From Laspinema olomoucense D3d (GTDB lineage Bacteria > Cyanobacteriota > Cyanobacteriia > Cyanobacteriales > Laspinemataceae): DNA of 14,566 nucleotides. The position numbers were made by a program, and so were the translations under genes. The stretch's first letter is position 1; each line of letters starts with the position of its first letter. The stretch lies in assembly GCF_025370715.1 (NCBI RefSeq), contig NZ_JAMXEY010000002.1. One strand, given 5' to 3'. Below are positions 1 through 7,567 of the stretch, one piece after another. Under the pieces are notes generated by a model. That model had not been told where the DNA came from, ran no database searches, and saw only the letters and a list, made by a program, of their open reading frames with translations.

Positions 1-1881
1 TTAAACCTAATTGCAGGGCTGGATCAACCCACCCGAGGGGGCATTATCTTGGAAGGTCGCCAGGTCACGGAACCGGGACCCGATCGCATGGTGGTCTTTC
101 AAAACTATTCTCTCCTGCCCTGGCTCACCGTGCGGGAAAACATCGCCCTAGCCGTGCAATCCGCTATGGGCGATCGCCCCAAAGGAGAACAACGGGGTAT
201 CATTGAACATCACATCGACCTAGTGGGCCTGCGTCATGCGGCCCATAAACGCCCCGCCCACCTGTCTGGGGGTATGAAACAACGGGTGGCGATCGCTAGG
301 GCCCTAGCCATCCGCCCCAAACTCCTCCTCCTGGATGAACCTTTTGGAGCCCTAGATGCCCTCACCCGAGGGGGACTGCAAGAACAACTGATGCATATCT
401 GTGAGGAAAGCGAAGTCACCTGTATCATGGTCACCCATGATGTCGATGAAGCCCTCCTCCTGAGCGATCGCGTGGTTCTCCTCACCAACGGGCCGGGCTC
501 CTACGTGGGACAAATTCTCGATGTTCCCATAGACCGTCCCCGCACCCATGTCTCCGCCGTCAAAGATCCCCACTACTACAGTCTGCGCAACGAGATCGTC
601 TATTTCCTCAACCAACAGCGACGGGCCAAGAAACGCCAAAGCCAACCCCAACCCCAACCCCAACTCATCCAAGTCCACGAAAACGGCTTAGAAGGCTTAG
701 AAAAAGTCAACCTCAACCTCGGCTTCATCCCCCTCACCGACTGTGCCCCCCTCGTGGTGGCGAAAGAACTAGGGTTCTTCCAAAAACATGGCCTAACCCA
801 AGTTAACCTCAGTCGCGAACCCAGTTGGGGCGCGATCGAGTCGGGCATTCGAGAACAACGCCTCGACGCTGCCCAAATGACCGCCGGAATGCCCCTGGGC
901 ATGACCCTCGGTCGTCAAGACCATTCCCCCCTACCCGTGGTCACGGGTATGACCCTCTCGCGCAACGGCAACGCCATCACCTTCCATCGTCACTTCTACG
1001 ACGAGGGCATCCGGACCCTCGCCGACCTCAAAGGCTTCATCGCTGGCGATTCCGACCGACGAATCACCCTCGGGGTCGTGCATCCGACCTCCATGCACAA
1101 CCTGATCCTACGCTACTGGCTGGCCTCGGCGGACATCGACCCCGATCGCGATGTGGACCTAGTGATGATCCCCCCCGCGCAAATGATCCCCAACCTCAAA
1201 GCGGGTAACATCGATGGCTACTGTGTCGGCGAACCCTGGAACTCCCGCGCCGTCCACGAAGGCATCGGCTTCGTTATGGCCACCGACCCAGAAATCTGGC
1301 CCGGTCATTGCGAAAAAGTCCTGGGAGTGCGGGAAGACTGGGCTAAAGCCCACCCCAACACCCATCTCGCCCTGATCCAGGCCCTTCTCGAAGCCTGCGA
1401 ATACTGTGACGATATGCGTCATCGGGAGGAAGTTTTAGACCTCATCTGTCGTCCCAAGTACATCGGATCCGATCCCATCTACACCCGTCCGGGCTTCATC
1501 GACGCCTATAACAAAGGCATTGGTAAACCCGAACCCATTGCCCGTTATCACCAATTCTTCTTCGACAAAACCAACTGTCCCGATCGCACCGAAGCCCTCT
1601 GGATTCTCACCCAAATGGCCCGATGGGGCATTACCCCCTTCCCCCGCAACTGGATTGAGGTCCTTGATCGCGTTCGTCGCCTAGACCTCTTCTCCCAAGC
1701 CGCCCAGGGGTTAAATATGATGGACCTAGGCCGCGATCGCCACCCCGTCATTCTCTTCGACGGGGCCATCTTCAACCCCGACGATCCCATCCACTACCTA
1801 GAACAACTTCAAATCAAAACCAACCTAACCATCAAAGAAATCGATCTCAACCTAGCTTCCCTAGAAAGGTCCGCCGCCTAA
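1..1881 (+). CDS. nrtC: Nitrate/bicarbonate ABC transporter ATP-binding protein with a C-terminal NrtA-like solute-binding domain (NrtC/CmpC type). It is 5'-truncated by the window edge: frame 1 is open from nt 1, and the track's 'M' at 49 is a TTG inside the ORF.
   Basis: The translation shows the ABC signature LSGGMKQRVAIARAL, a Walker B LLLLDEPFGALD, and the H-loop VTHD. After a QPQPQPQ linker comes a ~400-aa domain with periplasmic-binding-protein character (LGFIPLTDCAPLVVA...), as in NrtA. The ATPase part parallels the downstream NrtD-like ORF (EPGPDRMVVFQNY in both). A fused ATPase plus NrtA-like domain is known only for NrtC/CmpC. nrtC versus cmpC cannot be decided from the sequence. 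Confidence 0.85.
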   Translation, partial: LNLIAGLDQPTRGGIILEGRQVTEPGPDRMVVFQNYSLLPWLTVRENIALAVQSAMGDRPKGEQRGIIEHHIDLVGLRHAAHKRPAHLSGGMKQRVAIARALAIRPKLLLLDEPFGALDALTRGGLQEQLMHICEESEVTCIMVTHDVDEALLLSDRVVLLTNGPGSYVGQILDVPIDRPRTHVSAVKDPHYYSLRNEIVYFLNQQRRAKKRQSQPQPQPQLIQVHENGLEGLEKVNLNLGFIPLTDCAPLVVAKELGFFQKHGLTQVNLSREPSWGAIESGIREQRLDAAQMTAGMPLGMTLGRQDHSPLPVVTGMTLSRNGNAITFHRHFYDEGIRTLADLKGFIAGDSDRRITLGVVHPTSMHNLILRYWLASADIDPDRDVDLVMIPPAQMIPNLKAGNIDGYCVGEPWNSRAVHEGIGFVMATDPEIWPGHCEKVLGVREDWAKAHPNTHLALIQALLEACEYCDDMRHREEVLDLICRPKYIGSDPIYTRPGFIDAYNKGIGKPEPIARYHQFFFDKTNCPDRTEALWILTQMARWGITPFPRNWIEVLDRVRRLDLFSQAAQGLNMMDLGRDRHPVILFDGAIFNPDDPIHYLEQLQIKTNLTIKEIDLNLASLERSAA

Positions 1882-1921
1882 CCCCGAAGCGATGCATTCC
1901 GGCAAGCGTTGCGCTCAGGCT

Positions 1922-1975
1922 ATTGCCTATTGCCTTCTCTTGCCTCTTGCCTTTTGCCTTTTGCCTTTTGCCTTC
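1922..1975. repeat. Degenerate heptamer tandem repeat with a (TTTTGCC)n core, ~7 units, in the nrtC-nrtD spacer
   Basis: TGCC recurs at 1925, 1932, 1942, 1949, 1956, 1963 and 1970, a period of 7 with one 10-nt unit. Three perfect TTTTGCC units lie at 1953-1973. This is STRR-like. Confidence 0.7.
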
Positions 1976-1985
1976 CCTTTAACCC

Positions 1986-2816
1986 ATGCAAACCTTAACA
2001 ACCTCCAGCGGCCATCCCCACAGCACCAATGACTCCTACCTCGTCATTGACGGTCTCAGTAAAACCTATGCCACCCCAGAAGGTCCCTATCCCGTTCTCG
2101 ATAACATCCAACTCACCATCCGCGAAGGAGAATTTATTTGCCTGATTGGTCACTCCGGCTGTGGCAAATCGACCCTCCTAGATATGGTGTCCGGTTTCCG
2201 TCAACCCAGTGAAGGAGTAGTGCTCCTCGAAGGACAACGGATTGAGGAACCCGGTCCCGATCGCATGGTGGTCTTCCAAAACTACGCCCTCCTCCCCTGG
2301 CTAAGCGCCTACGATAATATCTTGCTGGCCGTCAACTCCGTCTTTCCCAAACTCAAACAACGGGAGAAATCGGCGATCGTGCGAGAACATCTGGAACTCG
2401 TCGGATTGAGTGACGCTGCCGACAAAAAACCCAAAGAACTCTCCGGAGGCATGAAACAACGAGTCTCCATCGCCCGCGCCCTGGCCGTGCGCCCCAAAGT
2501 TCTCATTCTCGACGAACCCTTCGGTGCCCTCGATCCCATCACCCGGGAAGAACTCCAAGAAGAACTCTTAAGAATCTGGGCCGATCACAAAGTCACCATC
2601 CTGATGATTACCCATGATATCGACGAAGCCCTCTTCCTGGGCGATCGCCTCGTCATGATGACCAACGGCCCCGCCGCCCGCATTGGTGAAATCCTAGACT
2701 TACCCTTCCCCCGGCCCCGCGATCGCGCCCGACTCACGAAACAGGTGGAATACTACGACTTACGCAACGAAGCCCTCGACTTCCTCTATGGTCGTTACGC
2801 CCATGACGACACTTAA
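1986..2816 (+). CDS. nrtD: Nitrate/bicarbonate ABC transporter ATP-binding protein (NrtD/CmpD type)
   Basis: The translation shows Walker A GHSGCGKST, the signature LSGGMKQRVSIARAL, Walker B VLILDEPFGALD and the H-loop ITHD. The gene is 276 aa and lies 104 nt downstream of the nrtC-like gene on the same strand. No Shine-Dalgarno is visible (the upstream stretch is pyrimidine-rich), which is common in cyanobacteria. Confidence 0.85.
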   Translation: MQTLTTSSGHPHSTNDSYLVIDGLSKTYATPEGPYPVLDNIQLTIREGEFICLIGHSGCGKSTLLDMVSGFRQPSEGVVLLEGQRIEEPGPDRMVVFQNYALLPWLSAYDNILLAVNSVFPKLKQREKSAIVREHLELVGLSDAADKKPKELSGGMKQRVSIARALAVRPKVLILDEPFGALDPITREELQEELLRIWADHKVTILMITHDIDEALFLGDRLVMMTNGPAARIGEILDLPFPRPRDRARLTKQVEYYDLRNEALDFLYGRYAHDDT

Positions 2817-2911
2817 GCCATTGAGGAGTCTTTGGCCGTCTTATGAATGGGGATTTCAATCAAAAAACTGATACCCACCCCCGGTTCCCAGGTGCAGGTC
2901 AGACTGCTATA

Positions 2912-2952
2912 GGGAGGATTGAGGAGATTGTTCGTAGTAACGACTTCAGTCG
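2912..2952. repeat. Left terminal inverted repeat of the MITE-like element
   Basis: Its reverse complement is found at 3238-3278, with 3 mismatches. Confidence 0.7.
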
Positions 2953-3237
2953 TTGCTCTCTTGTGATGGCGGACGCCATGACACTTATCCCTGAGCGGAT
3001 TAAGTACCTGTTGTTTGGGGACTGGCGCGATCGCCTCTTTAAGGATCGCGTTACTTGGAGTAATACCAAATCCGGTTTTTAAAAGTCGGTTTTCTCTTCA
3101 GCCCGCCCGCGCTTCTCGGGCTACCCTTCACCGAAGCCGCTAGCGCGTCTACGTCTGTGTAGCCTCCGGGCTTGACGCTGCAGGTTTTTATAGACCTATC
3201 ACAACCGGATTCCGTATAAAGGCCAGTAAGGCGGAAA

Positions 3238-3278
3238 CGACTGAAGTCGTTACTACGAACAATCTTACCAATCCTCCC
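3238..3278. repeat. Right terminal inverted repeat of the MITE-like element
   Basis: It is the reverse complement of 2912-2952. Confidence 0.7.
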
Positions 3279-3318
3279 CATCTCCCCCATCAACTAAGGA
3301 CAAAGGACCAATGACCAA

Positions 3319-4416
3319 CTACCTAGGCGATCGCCGAGGGGGAAAAAAATCAGGAAGGTCCAATCCGGGCCAACTTTGAGGCGGTATCTCGGGTTGAGGT
3401 GTGGGGGTTGGAGGTTTGGCAACCCGATATTGAGGGGGGGGAGTCGGGACTACCCGGGTTTGAGGAAGAGAAACCTGCGGTTCATTGGAAAATCCAGTAG
3501 CGATTAAGGTCATTCTCATCTCTCCATGCAGGCGATCGTCAATCACTGCACCGAAAATAATATTCGCATCCGGATCCACTACGTTATAGACTTCTGCTGC
3601 TGCTACATTCACTTCATGTAAGGTGAGATCCATGCCGCAGGTAATATTAAAAACAACCCCTTTGGCCCCGTTAATTGAACACTCTAAAAAGGGCGAAGAC
3701 ATCGCCGAAATCGCAGCTTGTCTAGCGCGAGATTGTCCTTGACCAATTCCTATCCCCAGTAAAGCGGTTCCGGCGCGACTCATCACCGATCGCACGTCGG
3801 CAAAATCCACATTCACTACCCCGGGAATCACAATTAAATCAGAAATCCCTTGTACCCCTTGGCGCAAGATATCATCCGCCACGCCAAAGGCATCCTGAAC
3901 CGGCATATTGTCAGAAATCACGGACAACAATTTCTCATTAGGAACGGCGATCGCCGTATCCAAGCGAGTCTGTAATGCCGTAATCGCTTCCTCGGCAAGA
4001 TGACTGCGCCGTTTCCCCTCGAAGGCAAAGGGACGAGTCAAGACTCCAATCGTGAGTGCCCCTTGTTGTTTGGCAATTTCCGCGACAATGGGTGTGGCCC
4101 CTGTGCCGGTTCCGCCTCCCATCCCTGCGGTAATAAAGACTAAATCACTCCCTTCCATCGCTGCGGCAATTTGACTTCTGGCATCTTCCGCCGCTTTTTG
4201 TCCGATGAGGGGATTTCCCCCAGTTCCTAACCCCTGGGTGAGTTTCTGCCCGATTTGAATGCGGCGATCGGCACGGCATTGGGCTAAAGCTCTAGCATCG
4301 GTGTTAATCCCTACAAATTCAACCCCAGACAGATCACTGGCAATCATCCGGTTGATGGCATTGCACCCGCCACCCCCGACGCCGATCACGGTAATTTTAA
4401 TGAGACTATCGAGCAC
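3319..4416 (-). CDS. ftsZ: Cell division GTPase FtsZ, apparently GTG-initiated at 4416 with an AGGAG Shine-Dalgarno 9 nt upstream
   Basis: The translation shows the tubulin/FtsZ signature GGGTGTG ([15 protein letters not shown]), the GTP-binding N-terminus [17 protein letters not shown], a Pro-rich linker, and the conserved C-terminal peptide LDLPDFF. On the minus strand ACTCAGGAGTAACGAGATC precedes the GTG. An in-frame stop lies 6 codons upstream, so there is no long N-terminal extension. Confidence 0.95.
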   Translation of the reverse strand: MLDSLIKITVIGVGGGGCNAINRMIASDLSGVEFVGINTDARALAQCRADRRIQIGQKLTQGLGTGGNPLIGQKAAEDARSQIAAAMEGSDLVFITAGMGGGTGTGATPIVAEIAKQQGALTIGVLTRPFAFEGKRRSHLAEEAITALQTRLDTAIAVPNEKLLSVISDNMPVQDAFGVADDILRQGVQGISDLIVIPGVVNVDFADVRSVMSRAGTALLGIGIGQGQSRARQAAISAMSSPFLECSINGAKGVVFNITCGMDLTLHEVNVAAAEVYNVVDPDANIIFGAVIDDRLHGEMRMTLIATGFSNEPQVSLPQTRVVPTPPPQYRVAKPPTPTPQPEIPPQSWPGLDLPDFFPPRRSPR

Positions 4417-4479
4417 GATCTCGTTACTCCTGAGTTAATTCTGATTCCAGAGGGGCTGCGAATGCATCTCCATCTTTTT

Positions 4480-6999
4480 TTACCTCACGATAATAACCCA
4501 CATCCCCAAAGCTAGTCCGAGGGTGGCTAAATGTTGGGGAAGCAGCGATCGCAGGGACTCTCGGCCAATTTTTTGCGTTAACAGAATGCTCAACCCCACT
4601 CCAGCAATTAAGGTGGTTCCTTGCAAAAAGGTAATCACTGCTGGATGTGCAATCCACACGGGCAACCCTTCCCCACTCAACCCAAAGGTGGCAAAGGTGA
4701 CGGGTAAAATGCGTCCCGCTTCTCCTAATCCCAAGCGCAAATAATGAGCTAAACTTCCCCCTAAAACTAAGGGCAAATATCCGTATGCTAATTGGACAAA
4801 GGGTTTAGATTTGAAGGTGCGGTTTAGTCCAACAATGGCCACCCCGGCAAGTAATACCCAGGCGGCAGGAATCCCTAATGCGGCCAATGACAATCCCAAA
4901 TGCGGCCAAAATTGGCTTAAATCAATGCCTAATCCCAGGACTGTATTAATTTCGGGCAATCGATGCAAAAATATTCCCCCTAAAAGTAACAGCAACAAGG
5001 CGACTTCATAGCTACGAGGCTGATGAGTGGTCCACAAATCAATTCCCGGAGGTCGTAGATTGAATTCAACGGACCGATGGGGACAGGCTTTTAAACAGGT
5101 CATGCATAAAACACAATCCCGGTTATCTTCTAACTGGGCGGGATGAGAATAGAGCGGACAGCCATTGGTTTCCATCCCTTCCCCTTTTTGCGGACCGCCT
5201 TTATAACATTGATAGGTGGTGCATTCGGCGGAACAGGTTCCTTGTTGTGCTCTTAATTCGGTCATGGAAAGTTTGGCAAACAGTCCATTCATGCCGCCAA
5301 TGGGACAGAGGTAGCGACACCAAAACCGCCGTTCAAAGATGGCGGAACAAATCATCGCCCCGGCAGTGATTAAGAGGAGTAACCAGGCGGAGAGATAGGC
5401 CGTATTCTGTAAATTCCAGAGTTCTTCCCACAGGAAAATTAGGGTAAATAAGCCGAACAGAAACCAGCCGCCCCATTTTTCGGCTTGCTGTCGCGGCCAG
5501 GGTTTGAGGTTATGTTTTAATAATTTTTCGGAGATTTTTTGGGTAATTTCTCCATAAATCATAAAGGGACAAACGGCACACCACAAGCGACCGACAAAGG
5601 GAAAGGCGAATAGAATTAACGGCCACCACCAGGCCCAAAAGAAGTTGAGGGCAAAGTTGCGATCGCGAGTTTGCGGACCCAGAAATAAGATGGCAACGAC
5701 TAGGGCGAAGGCAACGACGGTAAAACCATAGTTAATGCGATCGGGCCACCAAGGACTGCGAAGAAAATGGCGCAATTGGGGATAAGCATTCAGTAAATTC
5801 AAGCGGAATCGTTTTTTCTTCCCTTGGGCTGCCCAAAAAATTTCTTCCGTTAATTCTCGGGCGCAATCTGACTGGACGATCGCCCGTTCTACTAAGTTTT
5901 GCAATTCCCGAATATTGCCGGGAAAATCATAAGATTGTAGCCGACGGAGAGCTTCTGGGGTGAGTTGGGGTTTGCTCAGCGCTTTGGCGCGACAGTACAA
6001 GCTAATATAATACTCGACTTGAGCGCTAATGTCGGCTTTTCGGACTCGCAGGGGAGGAACTTTGAGGGTTTGGTCCAGATGCGGGGCGATCGCTGGAAGA
6101 TGTTTTTCTGAGATGGCTAGAATTTTGGCAGGGGTGGATTTAGGGGCTGCGGGATCATCCCCTTCTCGGGTGACGGGTCTATAAGTGGCGGTTTTGCATA
6201 GGGTGGCGACTGCCTCAACCAGTTCCTCGGGCAGTTCATCAATGTTGTTGAGAATCAGGGTCCCTTCTCCCAACCATTCGATCAGTCCTGGTTTCCCTCC
6301 CGCCCGTCCAAAGAGTTCTGCCCCCCCTTTTTGGAGAATCCCACAGTTGATTTTGACGATCGGTTGCTGACGGTGGGGGGAACCATAGTGAATCAGGGCA
6401 GCAATATTATCTTTTTCTAATCCCGGTTCCCCGAAAATATAGACCGATCGCCTATCCGACCCCGCCTCTCTAATCTGCTGTCTGAGACGTTGAGCATAGC
6501 GACTTCTGCCCACAATTCCCCGTTTTGCTTTGGTGACAAAATAAGGCCGTAAAGCATCTTGTCGTTGTTGTTCATAAGTCAGCGCACTCGACACCTCGGC
6601 AAGTTCTTGGGCGAGTTGTCGGGTCAAGGTTTGGGTGATTTCTGGGTATTGCCGGACTAATTCCCGAACTCGGTCCGCTGGGACAAACCAGAATTTAGAT
6701 TCGGTGACGGTAGAAATCGTCTGTTCTGGAGGTTGGTCTAAGAGTAATGCCCGTAAGTTAATCGTGCAACCGGGGCTCAATTCATCCGAGGAAGGCGGGG
6801 CATTTTTCAGGGAAGTTTGTAACTCTCCTTCCCGGAGGATGTAGAATCCGGTGGGGAATTTCTCCGGTTCGGCGATCGCCTGATTTGCAGGTAAAATTTG
6901 CTCCTGGAGGACTTGGGCGATCGCTGTTAATACAGGTTCCGATAAACGATTTAATGCCGTTCGTTCCTGCAACCAAGCTACTGGATTGATCTCTGCCAT
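4480..6999 (-). CDS. 839-aa multidomain membrane protein. The N-terminal region is cNMP-binding/CAP-effector-like (aa ~30-125). The central domain is of sigma-54-activator (NtrC-type AAA+) type, with degenerate ATPase and sigma-54-contact motifs (aa ~160-375). The C-terminal half is polytopic membrane, with NapH/MauN/FixG-like Cys clusters (aa ~420-839).
   Basis: The ORF is a single open reading frame with the Shine-Dalgarno AGGAAA 5 nt before the ATG at 6999. The central domain aligns block by block with the NtrC central domain: IVGRS, GEPGLEKD (in place of GESGTGKE), ELFGRAGGKPGL (in place of ELFGHEKGAFTGA), GTLILNNIDELP (in place of GTLFLDEIGEMP), PPLRVRKADI, and YDFPGNIRELQNLVERAIV (versus YDWPGNVRELENAIERAVV). 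The C-terminus has at least 6 hydrophobic helices plus the motifs CAVCP, FWCRYLCPIGG, CSAECTTYQC and CVLCMTCLKACP. Confidence 0.85.
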   Translation of the reverse strand: MAEINPVAWLQERTALNRLSEPVLTAIAQVLQEQILPANQAIAEPEKFPTGFYILREGELQTSLKNAPPSSDELSPGCTINLRALLLDQPPEQTISTVTESKFWFVPADRVRELVRQYPEITQTLTRQLAQELAEVSSALTYEQQRQDALRPYFVTKAKRGIVGRSRYAQRLRQQIREAGSDRRSVYIFGEPGLEKDNIAALIHYGSPHRQQPIVKINCGILQKGGAELFGRAGGKPGLIEWLGEGTLILNNIDELPEELVEAVATLCKTATYRPVTREGDDPAAPKSTPAKILAISEKHLPAIAPHLDQTLKVPPLRVRKADISAQVEYYISLYCRAKALSKPQLTPEALRRLQSYDFPGNIRELQNLVERAIVQSDCARELTEEIFWAAQGKKKRFRLNLLNAYPQLRHFLRSPWWPDRINYGFTVVAFALVVAILFLGPQTRDRNFALNFFWAWWWPLILFAFPFVGRLWCAVCPFMIYGEITQKISEKLLKHNLKPWPRQQAEKWGGWFLFGLFTLIFLWEELWNLQNTAYLSAWLLLLITAGAMICSAIFERRFWCRYLCPIGGMNGLFAKLSMTELRAQQGTCSAECTTYQCYKGGPQKGEGMETNGCPLYSHPAQLEDNRDCVLCMTCLKACPHRSVEFNLRPPGIDLWTTHQPRSYEVALLLLLLGGIFLHRLPEINTVLGLGIDLSQFWPHLGLSLAALGIPAAWVLLAGVAIVGLNRTFKSKPFVQLAYGYLPLVLGGSLAHYLRLGLGEAGRILPVTFATFGLSGEGLPVWIAHPAVITFLQGTTLIAGVGLSILLTQKIGRESLRSLLPQHLATLGLALGMWVIIVR

Positions 7000-7485
7000 A
7001 ACTTTTCCTGTTTATGCACCCTTTTTTTAGATTATTTATCTCCCTCATTCCTGCTAGTTTTATCTCTCTTGCTGAAAAAAATCTCAATTTGGATTAAATA
7101 ATCCTTCATAAATTGGGGTTTTTCAGAGTAGAGTATTCTGAAACAGGAATTACCTCTTTTGCCTCCATCTTACCAGGGCAGCCTTACAGCCTTACATCCC
7201 AGGAATGGTTACCGGCTTTCTTGACAAAATTTGTAGCCCTCACCACCAAGGAAAGGGCCATAATCTGGGTAACTGTCTCCGACTAAATCCCATTGTCAAA
7301 GACCTGCTTGATGTTGACAGCCGTAGCTGGGGCAGGCTTTGTCAGCAAACCCCAGACTCTTGATGGGGCAGATTTAGCCGACCCAGGTAAACCAGATTCC
7401 GTCTTTTTGAGGGAATAGGGGAGTCGCATCCTCGGGGGATTTTCCGACCCAGGCCAGACCGTGATTTCTAGTCTAAATCATTGGG

Positions 7486-7510
7486 GTCGTTTTGAGTCGC
7501 AAACTGACTC
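7486..7510 (-). terminator. Perfect 9-bp-stem palindrome (TTTTGAGTC-gcaaact-GACTCAAAA) ~60 nt downstream of the HAD gene stop. It is a possible terminator or protein-binding site.
   Basis: The inverted repeat is seen directly. The stem is flanked by A/T runs but lacks a clean poly-U tail, so function as a terminator is uncertain. Confidence 0.3.
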
Positions 7511-7567
7511 AAAATTTGACCTTGAAAAAGTATCCTCGAATCCTCGGGATAATCGAGGTCTGCTAGA

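Larger units (their letters stand above)
2912..3278. mobile_element. MITE-like non-autonomous element or structured RNA: ~367 bp bounded by 41-bp near-perfect terminal inverted repeats
   Basis: The left arm 2912-2952 (GGGAGGATTGAGGAGATTGTTCGTAGTAACGACTTCAGTCG) is the reverse complement of the right arm 3238-3278 with 38/41 matches. Each arm contains the sub-palindrome AACGACTTCAGTCGTT. The 285-bp interior holds further hairpins (AGCCCGCCCGCGCTTCTCGGGCT). No credible ORF is present: the two track ORFs 2843..3082(+) and 3051..3293(-) encode mirror-image peptides (IVRSNDFSRC / IVRSNDFSRF), which simply reflects the inverted repeat. Confidence 0.5.

Noticed and set aside
234-1790. Track ORFs 234..488(-), 352..678(-), 600..902(-), 825..1208(+), 1159..1422(-) and 1548..1790(-), all within the nrtC region
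   Set aside because: All overlap the strongly supported NrtC-like frame and are out of frame or antisense to it. They are Arg/Pro/Gly-rich, as expected for alternative-frame artefacts of a GC-rich gene.
2301-2558. Antisense ORFs 2301..2558(-) and 2309..2542(-) inside nrtD
   Set aside because: They are antisense to the conserved ABC signature and Walker B region and have no Shine-Dalgarno. They are artefacts.
1986-2816. Whether nrtC/nrtD are cyanate (cynD) or bicarbonate (cmp) transporter genes
   Set aside because: This was not rejected outright. The fused NrtA-like domain excludes a CynD-type transporter. CmpC/CmpD cannot be excluded from the sequence alone, so the nrtC/nrtD symbols are provisional.
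2912-3278. Whether the inverted-repeat element is RNase P RNA, tmRNA or 6S RNA
   Set aside because: It lacks the conserved RNase P motifs (GGAAAGTCCGGGCTCC, ACAGAAA...). It has no tRNA-like acceptor with a CCA end and no tag reading frame as in tmRNA. It is also longer and differently structured than 6S RNA.
2843-3293. ORFs 2843..3082(+) and 3051..3293(-)
   Set aside because: Their peptide similarity (IVRSNDFSRC versus IVRSNDFSRF) comes from the 41-bp inverted repeat read in both directions. The region is better explained as a non-coding MITE-like or structured element.
4424-5011. ORFs 4424..4657(-), 4523..4744(+) and 4811..5011(+)
   Set aside because: They overlap the 3' end of the 839-aa gene in other frames or antisense. 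They have low complexity and no translation signals.
6185-7087. ORFs 6185..6370(+), 6635..6844(+) and 6782..7087(-)
   Set aside because: Each is antisense to or overlaps the 839-aa ORF and its start region. 6782..7087 would read through the real start codon and Shine-Dalgarno of the 839-aa gene.
7520-7560. The tRNA-like TCGAATCC motif
   Set aside because: There is no GGTTCGAATCC T-arm context and no acceptor or anticodon stems. The sequence is just CCTCGAATCCTCGGG within the HAD 3' region.
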